From: Pirellula staleyi DSM 6068
Lineage (GTDB): Bacteria; Planctomycetota; Planctomycetia; Pirellulales; Pirellulaceae
Reading direction: 5' to 3'
Length of the DNA stretch: 32,000 nt
Assembly (NCBI GenBank): GCA_000025185.1
Contig: CP001848.1
Coordinates: forward strand, 3,450,001 to 3,482,000
Position 1 is the first letter of the stretch. Every line of letters starts with the position of its first letter. The notes beneath the pieces are model-generated. The model did not search any database, was not told where the DNA came from, and saw only the letters and a list, made by a program, of their open reading frames with translations. Both the position numbers and the translations under genes were made by a program. This document shows, piece by piece, positions 1 to 7,740 of the stretch.

Positions 1-268
1 GACGAACGATCGATTCGTTGATGCGAATCTGGCTGTGGAAATCGTTGAGCTTGCTGCCGTCGAGACGGAAGTAAGTGATCCAGTACGTTCCCTTTTTGTG
101 GCCATCGATTGGATAGGCCAAGCGTTGCTCGTTCCAGAGTCGGCTGACGAGCACTTCGCCACCCAGTTTCTCGATCAGAGCAGGAATCGTCCCACCCATG
201 CCACCTGGATCCTGGGCATACTTGTTCGAGTCCAGGATTACCATGTTTTCATAAACACTTTGAGCCAC
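1..268 (-). CDS. rpsF: 30S ribosomal protein S6 (N-terminal 89 codons; 3' end runs off the window)
   Basis: This ORF is absent from the ORF track because it has a GTG start and is truncated. The reverse complement of 1-268 reads VAQSVYENMVILDSNKYAQDPGGMGGTIPALIEKLGGEVLVSRLWNEQRLAYPIDGHKKGTYWITYFRLDGSKLNDFHSQIRINESIVR with no stop. The YE.MVILD start and the R.LAYPI..H.KG.Y core are S6 hallmarks. A GAGGAG Shine-Dalgarno sits 7 nt upstream of the GTG at 268. Confidence 0.85.
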   Translation of the reverse strand, partial: MAQSVYENMVILDSNKYAQDPGGMGGTIPALIEKLGGEVLVSRLWNEQRLAYPIDGHKKGTYWITYFRLDGSKLNDFHSQIRINESIVR

Positions 269-362
269 GATCACGCTCCTCGCCAGCAAAACCAACTGTT
301 GTGATTTGTCGAAATAATTTGGTAATTCGAAGCGATTCCGAGGGTCTGTAAGACGATTGCTC

Positions 363-932
363 TTACACGTTTTTGGCATTGAACTTGTTCATGCATGCCT
401 GAATGCCTTCTTGCACAAAGGTTTGCACGCCGTCTGCTGCCAGTTGCCAGGAAATCTCCGCTTCGATTTGTTCGTCTTTGTTAAATCTGCTGAGAACGAA
501 GTTAGCCACATCCCAGCCGGAAGGTGGAGCTCCGATTCCGACTCGAAGTCTGGGAACCGCATCGGTTCCGAGTCTTCGAATCACATCGTCGAGCCCTTTT
601 TGACCTCCCGAGGACCCTTTCGCTCGGAATCGCAGTTTCCCAAGGGGAAGTGCAAAATCGTCGCAAATGATCAGGATGTCGGCGGTTTCGATCTTGTAAA
701 AGTCACGTGCTGCCAGAACGCTCGAGCCACTAACGTTCATGAACGTCGTTGGCTTTAAGAGCAACATTTTTTCAGGGCCTAAGTTTCCTTGAGAAACTAG
801 CCCTGAAAATTGCTCTCGCTCGGCAGTGGCTTGCACGCGACGAGCGACGATCGACACCACCTCAAACCCTACATTGTGACGCGTTCCTTGGTAGCGGCTT
901 CCCGGATTCCCAAGGCCCACAATCAATTTCAT
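363..932 (-). CDS. pth: peptidyl-tRNA hydrolase
   Basis: This is a 189-aa ORF. It starts MKLIVGLGNPGSRYQGTRHNVGF, which is the canonical Pth N-terminus with the catalytic His. It lies next to ctc, as in many bacteria. Confidence 0.95.
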   Translation of the reverse strand: MKLIVGLGNPGSRYQGTRHNVGFEVVSIVARRVQATAEREQFSGLVSQGNLGPEKMLLLKPTTFMNVSGSSVLAARDFYKIETADILIICDDFALPLGKLRFRAKGSSGGQKGLDDVIRRLGTDAVPRLRVGIGAPPSGWDVANFVLSRFNKDEQIEAEISWQLAADGVQTFVQEGIQACMNKFNAKNV

Positions 933-979
933 GCTTCACCCACAGACTAGCATCTGTAGACAAGCAACTTGGCAGCGAA

Positions 980-1606
980 CTATTCGGCTGCTTCGTCGGC
1001 TTTGTCCTTCTTGCCAATCACCTCGGGTTCGGCCGAGCCAGCAGCTGCATCGTCGTCGCTGGCAGCCTTTGGAGCCACGCACGAGACAACGACCACACTG
1101 CCGGGAGTTACGAGCTCACCATCTTTGGGGAGCGTCACTTCGTTGGCGTGGATCGCTTTGCCAAGGTGAAGGTTGTTCACATTGACGATCAGTTTTTCAG
1201 GAATCTCTGCAGCAGGGCAGAGGATTTCGAGCTCGTGCGTGATGAACTGAAGCACGCCACCTTCGGTGAGGCCGGCAGCAGTTCCCTTGAGTTCGACGGC
1301 GATGGTGGTGCTCACCTTCTCGCTGGCCGAAACACGCATCAAGTCGATGTGGATGATTTCCTTGCTCCACACGTCCCATTGCACGGCGCGAATCAGAGCG
1401 CTCTCGGTCACATCTCCCTTGAGATTGACGAGCTTGCCACCGTGCTTCACAGCGGCCCAGATCTCTTCGCTGGCAACCGTCAGGCTGATGCTGGCTTCGC
1501 CGTGGCCGTAAAGAACAGCAGGCACTTTGCCGGTGTAGCGGAGGCGGCGATTGTTGGCGGTGCCAAGTTTGTCACGCTTGGTGACATTGAGTGTTTCTGC
1601 AGACAT
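980..1606 (-). CDS. rplY: 50S ribosomal protein L25 / general stress protein Ctc
   Basis: The ORF spans 980-1621. The likely start is the internal ATG at 1606 (MSAETLNVTKRDKLGTANNRRLRYTGKVPAVLYGHGE). It has an L25/Ctc N-terminal domain followed by an acidic, Ala-rich C-terminal tail typical of long Ctc forms. Confidence 0.9.
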   Translation of the reverse strand: MSAETLNVTKRDKLGTANNRRLRYTGKVPAVLYGHGEASISLTVASEEIWAAVKHGGKLVNLKGDVTESALIRAVQWDVWSKEIIHIDLMRVSASEKVSTTIAVELKGTAAGLTEGGVLQFITHELEILCPAAEIPEKLIVNVNNLHLGKAIHANEVTLPKDGELVTPGSVVVVSCVAPKAASDDDAAAGSAEPEVIGKKDKADEAAE

Positions 1607-1933
1607 TAAGTCGAGGCACAAACTTGCTCGAGATGAGCAGTTGCACCAGCTCCAAACTTCAGTAGCCCGCTATCCACCGCCGGTCACATGCCAGCAGCCT
1701 GTCGCGGAATCGTTCTGATTTCTTCCCCCAGCAAAAGCCTCAAGCCACTGGATGGCGAAGTTCTTTTTGTGGGAAACCAAGTAGTGTGCCAAACAGATGA
1801 TGCGCTGACAAGCCCTAACAGCATTCAGGGAGCGACTATTTTGGGGATGCTAGCCAAATGAGAGTCGAATCCGGGTATGAACTGCGATGTATGGAGGTAA
1901 TTTCGGACCACAGGGGCGTCATGGGAAATGGCG

Positions 1934-2123
1934 TAAGTGCTTCTAGGGAGAGTGTTTGCATGTAAATCGTGGGTTGGTGAACCAGGGCAGTCAGGCTGGG
2001 GTTCTCTTGGGCGATCACTTGCCGCCCGTTTCGTCGATGGTTAAGGTTGTGATAGCAGTCGAGAGAGTGGCGTCGAGTCGAGTTGGCGACACTCTGCTTG
2101 GCAGCTAAGTGCTTTTGCATGTA
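1934..2123. repeat. two-copy composite motif (TAAGTGCTT followed by TTTGCATGTA) in the ctc/groES divergent intergenic region
   Basis: Copy 1 has TAAGTGCTT at 1934-1942 and TTTGCATGTA at 1955-1964, separated by ctagggagagtg. Copy 2 has the same two blocks fused at 2106-2123. The blocks are collinear and in the same orientation, 172 bp apart. Confidence 0.4.
2064..2095 (+). promoter_or_regulatory. imperfect 13-bp hairpin / inverted repeat upstream of the groES-like gene
   Basis: AGAGTG(g)CGTCGA [gtcgag] TTGGCG(a)CACTCT. Two of the pairs are G-U, which only work if the plus strand is the RNA. The element lies 68-100 nt upstream of the ATG at 2163. A possible TTGGCA-N18-TATGAC promoter at 2098-2127 would put the hairpin upstream of the transcript, so its role is unclear. 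Confidence 0.3.
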
Positions 2124-2162
2124 TGACTTCCGACGAAAACCGCAGCCCCAGATTTGCTACCC

Positions 2163-2498
2163 ATGTCGAAAGCCAAACCTCGCGTTTTTGAATACGTCGA
2201 ACCGATCGGTGCTCGTGTGCTAGTCCGTAAGGACGAGCCGAAACGACAAACCAAGGGGGGGATTGCGCTCCCCGACGCCGCCGAGATCCCCACCATCACC
2301 GGCCGGATCGTCGCCATTTCTGCGCAAATCGAAAACGACGAAGACCTGCCGCTGCGACAGTACGACAAGATTCTCTTTCACCCCAAGAGTGCCATTCCCG
2401 TCGATTTCGAAGCCGATAATCAGCTGTACGTGGTCCCGGTCGAGGATATCGTCGCTGTTTTTCGTCGTGAGTCGAGCGAAGGTGAAGCAGCCGAGTAG
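2163..2498 (+). CDS. groES: co-chaperonin GroES (Cpn10) family protein, divergent and not followed by groEL
   Basis: PIGARVLVRKDEPKRQTKGGIALPDAAEIPTITGRIVAIS matches the GroES pattern (P..DRVLV.....E.KT.GGI.LP......P..G.V.AVG). Its size of 111 aa from the ATG at 2163 also fits. The ORF track begins at a TTG at 2154. Confidence 0.75.
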   Translation: MSKAKPRVFEYVEPIGARVLVRKDEPKRQTKGGIALPDAAEIPTITGRIVAISAQIENDEDLPLRQYDKILFHPKSAIPVDFEADNQLYVVPVEDIVAVFRRESSEGEAAE

Positions 2499-2617
2499 GG
2501 CTCGCTGATTACTTCTTTCCGACTTCACGGAAACTTGCATTTCATTCGCACGGGTCTCCCCCTAGAATTCGTGGGCTCAGTCTCCATGAAGTACCTAGGC
2601 TGCGGGAGTCCCTACGC

Positions 2618-3145
2618 ATGCTTCACTTGTTGAACCTCGCCAAAGTTGTCATCGCAGCACTGCTTGTGTCAGCTGCGGCCACGTTTGTGTCGTCAGCGGC
2701 AGCTCAAGAGACGGCCACACCTGAAGCGATTTCGCGAGCGATTCACGAATCGCCAGCGTTTCTTCAGGGGAGCAAAAGTCACGAGATTCTCGAGCAGGTC
2801 GATGCCGGGGGCATCCGTGCGATGCTCGCAAACTTCGACGACGGCGAAGAAGATGCTGCCGAAGTCGGTTCCCTGGCCGACACCACATGGGTCGGCGACG
2901 ACGCCGTGGGTGTTTGCACCTTCAAGTTCCACGCCAATGGAAAGCTATCGTATGCGTACGGCGGCGCCGTCTATCACGACGGATTTTGGAAGCAAGACGG
3001 GAGCAAAGTTCACTTTGAAGTGAACAACAAATATCGCGAGTCCGACATGGTGATCAATGGCGATAAGATGATGGGCAAGGGCTACAACGTCGCTCAGGAC
3101 AAGTGGGAACTCACGCTCTTTAAAGTCGCGAGTTTCGCTAAGTAG
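2618..3145 (+). CDS. hypothetical secreted protein
   Basis: This is a 175-aa ORF with a clear signal peptide (MLHLLNLAKVVIAALLVSAAATFVSSAAAQE). The C-terminal half is beta-rich (TWVGDD..CTFKFHANGKLSYAYGG..HDGFWKQDGSKVHFEV). I do not recognise a family. Confidence 0.6.
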   Translation: MLHLLNLAKVVIAALLVSAAATFVSSAAAQETATPEAISRAIHESPAFLQGSKSHEILEQVDAGGIRAMLANFDDGEEDAAEVGSLADTTWVGDDAVGVCTFKFHANGKLSYAYGGAVYHDGFWKQDGSKVHFEVNNKYRESDMVINGDKMMGKGYNVAQDKWELTLFKVASFAK

Positions 3146-3227
3146 TCAGCAGCAACAACCGCGTGAATCGCGTGGAGGGAGTGAATGCCCTCGCAATGCA
3201 ATCGCCGCGTCTTTAGGGCCTGCTGAC

Positions 3228-4184
3228 TTATTCTTCACCCTTGTCGAACAAGATGCTGATCGACTGATCGTGGTGAATTCGCTTGATCGCCTCTGCCAAG
3301 AGTGGAGCGACTGTCAGCACTTTGATCTTCGGGGTCATCTTTTCGGGCGGGATCGGAATGGTGTCGGTCACTGCCAGTGACGTGATGGGGGACGCGCTTA
3401 GCTTTTCGATCGCTTTCCCACACAGCACTCCGTGGGTGGCTGCTACGTGAATCTCTTTTACACCCGCCGAGGTGAGTTTCTCAGCAGCGCCGCAAATCGA
3501 ACCGCCGGTGCTGATCATGTCGTCGAACATGAAGGCAACGTGCCCCGCCACGGGACCACCGATGATGTGTTCCTGTCGTGTTTCGGTCGGGTTGTCGCGA
3601 CGCTTGTCCACAATCGCCAGTTTGCCACCCAGTCGTTTGGCATGACCCAAAGCACGTTTGATGCTGCCAACATCGGGGCTGACCACGATGCGATCGCCGT
3701 CGGGTACAGGAATGCTGCAGGCGTAGTCGTTCAGCACCGGCGCGGCGTAGAGATTATCGACCGGAACGTCGAAAAAGCCTTGGATTTGCGGCGAATGGAG
3801 GTCCATCGTCAGCACACGGTCGGCACCGGCACGAGTAATCAGATTCGCCACCAGCTTGGCGGTGATCGGCACGCGACCTTCGTCTTTACGATCTTGTCGA
3901 GCATAGCCAAAGTACGGAATCACCGCAGTCACGCGTGCTGCCGACGCGCGTTTGCAGCTGTCGATCATGATCAGCAGTTCGAAGATGTTGTCGTTCACAG
4001 GTGGGCAAGTCGGCTGCACCAGGAAGACATCGCGGCCGCGGATATCCTCTTCGATTTTGCAGAAGTTTTCCCCGTCGGGAAATTTGCCGAGCGTAATTTC
4101 CGCGAGTGGCAAGTGAAGAAAATTGCAAATGTTCTTCGCGAGCGGACGATTGGCCTGTCCACTAAAAATCTTGAGTTCACGCAT
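3228..4184 (-). CDS. prs: ribose-phosphate pyrophosphokinase (PRPP synthetase)
   Basis: This is a 318-aa ORF. Diagnostic motifs are MRELKIFSGQANRPLA, VIPYFGYARQDRK and the PRPP-binding loop FMFDDMISTGGS. Confidence 0.95.
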   Translation of the reverse strand: MRELKIFSGQANRPLAKNICNFLHLPLAEITLGKFPDGENFCKIEEDIRGRDVFLVQPTCPPVNDNIFELLIMIDSCKRASAARVTAVIPYFGYARQDRKDEGRVPITAKLVANLITRAGADRVLTMDLHSPQIQGFFDVPVDNLYAAPVLNDYACSIPVPDGDRIVVSPDVGSIKRALGHAKRLGGKLAIVDKRRDNPTETRQEHIIGGPVAGHVAFMFDDMISTGGSICGAAEKLTSAGVKEIHVAATHGVLCGKAIEKLSASPITSLAVTDTIPIPPEKMTPKIKVLTVAPLLAEAIKRIHHDQSISILFDKGEE

Positions 4185-4268
4185 GGCAGGCTTAAGTCAA
4201 TCGTTTTGGGTGGTGGACAGAAAACTTGCGAATTGGTGTGCAGCAGCGGTCTCAAACGTTTGGGCAGA

Positions 4269-5027
4269 TTAGCAAGGATAACCCAGCTCGCGCATCGCCA
4301 CTTCGGCGGCTGACAGTTCGTCGGGCGTGTTGATGCTGAGCGCCTCACACGGCTTCAGAATCGGAAGTGCTTTCACAGCCTTGTCTTCTCGCTTGAGTAT
4401 CGCCGGGCAATCGGTGAGGTAATACTCTTTTTGCTTGTTATTGTTTTGGAGTTTGTCGAGGGCATGGAGCAGTTGCGGGCCATCGAACACATAGGTGCTC
4501 ATGTTCACTTCGCAAATCTCGCGCTGCTCGGGCGTGGCATCTTTCTCTTCCACGATCCCCAAAAACTCGCCAGCCGAATCGCGCACGATCCGTCCAAGAC
4601 CGGTGGGATTTTCCTTGGTCAGTGTGCCAAGGATGCAGGCCGGCTGTTCGCGGCGATAGGCTTCCAGCAGTTGTTTCACACTCGAGGCTTGCAGCAGCGG
4701 CGAATCGCCAGCCACCACAACCACCGGGCCGACATGTCCTTCCAGCAGTTCGCGAGCCATTTTCACGGCGTGGCCGGTTCCGAGTCGCTCGGTTTGAAGC
4801 ACAAAATCGACCATCGGCCGACTCGAGAGAGCAGCTTTCACGTCGTCGGCTTTGTAGCCAACCACAGCGATCACGCGGGTTACTCCCGCCTGCTCAAGAG
4901 CGTCGATCACGAAGTGGATCATCGGTCGACCAAGCACCGGGCAGAGGACCTTGGGGAGGTCGGTTTTCATGCGCGTCCCCATCCCGGCAGCGAGAACGAC
5001 GGCAATCACTTCGGTGAAGCTCGACAC
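4269..5027 (-). CDS. glmU: UDP-N-acetylglucosamine pyrophosphorylase-like nucleotidyltransferase (GlmU N-terminal domain only)
   Basis: This is a 252-aa ORF with a GTG start. LAAGMGTRMKTDLPKVL, GTGHAV and KEYYLTD are GlmU uridylyltransferase motifs. No left-handed beta-helix hexapeptide repeats follow. It sits directly upstream of prs, the classic glmU-prs arrangement. Confidence 0.85.
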   Translation of the reverse strand: MSSFTEVIAVVLAAGMGTRMKTDLPKVLCPVLGRPMIHFVIDALEQAGVTRVIAVVGYKADDVKAALSSRPMVDFVLQTERLGTGHAVKMARELLEGHVGPVVVVAGDSPLLQASSVKQLLEAYRREQPACILGTLTKENPTGLGRIVRDSAGEFLGIVEEKDATPEQREICEVNMSTYVFDGPQLLHALDKLQNNNKQKEYYLTDCPAILKREDKAVKALPILKPCEALSINTPDELSAAEVAMRELGYPC

Positions 5028-5227
5028 GGTAACTCACTTCAAAGGAGGGACGAAACCTGGGGAACGTGTGCTAGCAGATAGCTTCCACCTCGGAAAACCC
5101 CAGAAGAAAGTTTGCCACGAACGGTCGACTACAGAAAGGGGGTTAAGAAGCTGTGTGGGTGGTGCGTTAGAGAGGGGGGACTGGAAAATCGCGAGTGTGA
5201 AACACCGATGAAATATTCCGGAAAGCG

Positions 5228-5256
5228 TTGACAGCGGGGGTAGGGGGGGCATAATT
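5228..5256 (+). promoter_or_regulatory. near-consensus sigma70-type promoter upstream of argB
   Basis: TTGACA at 5228-5233, a 17-nt G-rich spacer (gcgggggtagggggggc), then ATAATT at 5251-5256. Alternatively CATAAT with a 16-nt spacer. It lies about 95 nt upstream of the argB start. Confidence 0.55.
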
Positions 5257-5269
5257 CCGGTTTGGCGAG

Positions 5270-5312
5270 CGCCGTAGCCTTTTTCCCCATGGGGATGAAG
5301 GAGCGGCGTTTT
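5270..5312 (+). promoter_or_regulatory. leader hairpin followed by a U4 tract (attenuator-like) between the promoter and argB
   Basis: CGCCG-tag-CCTTTtTCCC [CATG] GGGAtGAAGG-ag-CGGCG followed by TTTT at 5309-5312. The 3' arm contains AAGGAG at 5298-5303. Confidence 0.4.
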
Positions 5313-5350
5313 GACGTTTAGTAGCTCTCTGTTTCTCGGAGTTTCCTCGG

Positions 5351-6235
5351 TTGCTAGAAGCGATTCAGAAGGCCGACACGCTGATTGAAGCCCTCGGGTG
5401 GATTCGACGTTTTCGCGACAAGATTACTGTCATCAAGCTAGGCGGCAGTGTGATGGAGGACGAGAACGCGCTACGGCACGTGCTGCTCGATATCGTCTTC
5501 ATGGAAACCGTCGGCATGCGCCCGGTGCTCGTGCATGGCGGGGGTGCCGCTATCGATCGAGCCATGGCAGCCGCCGGACTGACACCGAAAAAAATTCGTG
5601 GACGTCGCTACACCGACGATGCCACGCTGAAAATTGTCGAGGAAGTTCTCGCCTACGAAACTAACGAATCGATCGCCGCAAAGATCGAGGAACTTGGTGG
5701 TCGGGCGATGAATCTGAACTTCCGCAGCACCAATGTGCTGTTTGGCGAACGAATCACGCTTCCTGGCGAGGATGGCGAACAGCTCGACCTGGGTCATGTC
5801 GGCAAAGTCACCCGCGTCGATCGTGGCGTGATCGAAAATCTTTGCTACGCCGGCCAAGTTCCTGTGATCCCATCAATGGCGATCGACGAATCAACCGGGG
5901 GGATGCTGAATGTGAATGCCGACACAGCTGCCACCGCAGTTGCCACGGCGCTCGGCGCAGAGAAGCTCATTTACATGAGCGACGTCAATGGCGTGCGACG
6001 CGATAAAACCGACCCCAAATCGATCATTCATTCGCTCACCGACGTCGAAGCGCGTGAACTCATTCGTACGGGCGTTGTCGATGCAGGGATGATTCCGAAG
6101 GTCGAGGCGTGCCTCGAAACGCTCGATCGGGGTGTCCGCAAGGTGCACATCATCGACGGTCGCTTGCGACACTCGCTGCTTCTCGAAATCTATACCACCG
6201 AAGGTGTGGGAACCGAAATCGCGAGCACTTCGTAG
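5351..6235 (+). CDS. argB: acetylglutamate kinase
   Basis: This is a 294-aa ORF with a TTG start. An in-frame TGA at 5312-5314 excludes any longer form. Motifs are [18 protein letters not shown] and NVNADTAA, which are amino-acid kinase family / ArgB signatures. GGAG lies 9 nt upstream of the start. Confidence 0.95.
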   Translation: MLEAIQKADTLIEALGWIRRFRDKITVIKLGGSVMEDENALRHVLLDIVFMETVGMRPVLVHGGGAAIDRAMAAAGLTPKKIRGRRYTDDATLKIVEEVLAYETNESIAAKIEELGGRAMNLNFRSTNVLFGERITLPGEDGEQLDLGHVGKVTRVDRGVIENLCYAGQVPVIPSMAIDESTGGMLNVNADTAATAVATALGAEKLIYMSDVNGVRRDKTDPKSIIHSLTDVEARELIRTGVVDAGMIPKVEACLETLDRGVRKVHIIDGRLRHSLLLEIYTTEGVGTEIASTS

Positions 6236-6362
6236 TGCAGGGAGCGGTTTCGCGCCAAGTTTTCACTCGGTCCTGCGAATAGTTTGTTTCACGACTGATA
6301 TTGATTTTTCCCGTCGTCCATTTCGATTTGCATGCTGTCTGCGGTGACAGGAAAGGTTTGCC

Positions 6363-7583
6363 ATGGCCACCACCCATCCCCATGAAGTTGCTCCTCTGAG
6401 TTCAGCCGACACGGTCGAACTCTTTAAGCAGTATGTGATTGGCAACTACACCCGCTATCCAGTCAATCTGGTCCGCGGTGAAGGTTCGCTGGTGTGGGAT
6501 GCAGAAGGGAATCGCTACCTCGATTTCTTTCCTGGCTGGGGCTGCAACTTGCTTGGGCACTGCCCCGAGAAAATTGTCCGCGCCGTGCAAGAGCAAGTGG
6601 CAACGCTGATCCATGTCCCCAACACTTGGCACATGGATGTTCAGGGACGCTGGGCCCAAATGCTTTCGCAGCGAAGCTTTGGCGGTAAAGCATTTTTCTG
6701 CAACAGCGGAACGGAAGCCAACGAAGCGGCGATCAAACTGGCTCGTCTGCATGCGGGCAAGGGGCGCTACAAAATCATTACCTTCACCGGTGGCTTCCAC
6801 GGGCGGACCTTCGGTTCGCTATCAGCAACGGCGCAGCCCAAATATCACGAGGGACTCGGGCCGATGGTGGCCGGATTTCTCTACGCTCCGCATGGCGATC
6901 TCGCAGCGGCGTCGAGTCTTGTCGACGACGAAACTTGCGCCATCATGATCGAGCCAATTCAAGGAGAGGGTGGCGTCAAGATTCCTTCGAAGGAGTTTCT
7001 CGAAGGGCTGCGCAAGCTCTGTGACGAGCGTGGACTACTCCTGATTTTCGACGAAGTTCAAACCGGCTGTGGTCGAACCGGACAATGGTTCGGCTATCAG
7101 CATTTTGGTGTCGAGCCCGATCTCATCACGCTGGCCAAGTCGCTTTGCGGTGGCATCGCTGGTGGCGCACTGCTGGCCAAGAACGAAATTGCCCCAGCAC
7201 TTCGTCCAGGCATGCACGCCGCAACGTTCGGCGGCAATCCAATTGCTGCTCGCGCCGGTATCGCTGCCATCGAGATGATTGAAGAAGAAGGCTTGCTCGC
7301 ACAAGCCGTGCAGCTTGGACATTTGTTCGAGCGTCGTATGCAAGACTTGCAAGCCAAGTGCGACCTGGTTCGCGAAGTGCGTGTCGCTGGTGTGATGGTG
7401 GGTGTGGAGTTGTCGGTCGAAGGCGCACAGGTCGTAAAGAGCTGCCTGGAGCGGAAATTGCTCGTCAACTGCACTCAGGGAAATGTGATTCGTCTGCTCC
7501 CTGCGATGAACCTGCCCGAAGAGCAAGCGGAAGAAGGCTGCGACATCCTGTGCGATGTCATTCAGTCGTTGCCACGAGCCTAG
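6363..7583 (+). CDS. argD: acetylornithine aminotransferase (class III PLP aminotransferase)
   Basis: This is a 406-aa ORF. Motifs are FCNSGTEANEAAIKLAR, DEVQTGCGRTG and the PLP-lysine context TLAKSLCGG. It lies between argB and argF. Confidence 0.9.
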   Translation: MATTHPHEVAPLSSADTVELFKQYVIGNYTRYPVNLVRGEGSLVWDAEGNRYLDFFPGWGCNLLGHCPEKIVRAVQEQVATLIHVPNTWHMDVQGRWAQMLSQRSFGGKAFFCNSGTEANEAAIKLARLHAGKGRYKIITFTGGFHGRTFGSLSATAQPKYHEGLGPMVAGFLYAPHGDLAAASSLVDDETCAIMIEPIQGEGGVKIPSKEFLEGLRKLCDERGLLLIFDEVQTGCGRTGQWFGYQHFGVEPDLITLAKSLCGGIAGGALLAKNEIAPALRPGMHAATFGGNPIAARAGIAAIEMIEEEGLLAQAVQLGHLFERRMQDLQAKCDLVREVRVAGVMVGVELSVEGAQVVKSCLERKLLVNCTQGNVIRLLPAMNLPEEQAEEGCDILCDVIQSLPRA

Positions 7584-7649
7584 TGGGCACACCGACGATT
7601 TTTGGCAGAAGTATCGTTTTTTTCTTTGAAATGTCGACGATTCTCTCAG

Positions 7650-7678
7650 CCGCTGGCCAATTTTGGTCAGCGGTTTTT
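7650..7678 (+). terminator. rho-independent terminator downstream of argD
   Basis: CCGCTGGCCA [attt] TGGTCAGCGG forms a 10-bp stem including one G-U pair. It is followed by TTTTT at 7674-7678 and lies 67 nt after the argD stop. Confidence 0.7.
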
Positions 7679-7740
7679 CGCTTGAAACGGACCTGGATTA
7701 TTCTTGTTGGATTACTGATTGTTAGGTGAGGAGATTGCTA

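Noticed and set aside
2085-2125. A sigma-54 promoter (TTGGCAG-ctaag-TGCTT) or a CIRCE/HrcA operator upstream of the groES-like gene.
   Set aside because: The GG-to-GC spacing is one nucleotide short of the strict -24/-12 geometry, and the other copy at 1927-1942 is three short. CIRCE (TTAGCACTC-N9-GAGTGCTAA) matches only in AGTGCT/CACTC fragments, with the wrong spacing and arm order.
3146-3228. Convergent-gene hairpins between the secreted-protein gene and prs: GTCAGCAG...CTGCTGAC, CGCG-tgaat-CGCG and GAGGG-agtgaatg-CCCTC.
   Set aside because: The stems are short or widely spaced and have no U-tracts on either strand. They may contribute to termination, but I cannot support a call.
5170-5250. 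G-runs (G6, G5, G7) as a G-quadruplex in the glmU/argB divergent promoter region.
   Set aside because: Only three runs are present, and two of them are adjacent. Loop lengths and the number of tracts do not satisfy a four-tract G4 pattern. They are more simply a G-rich promoter spacer.
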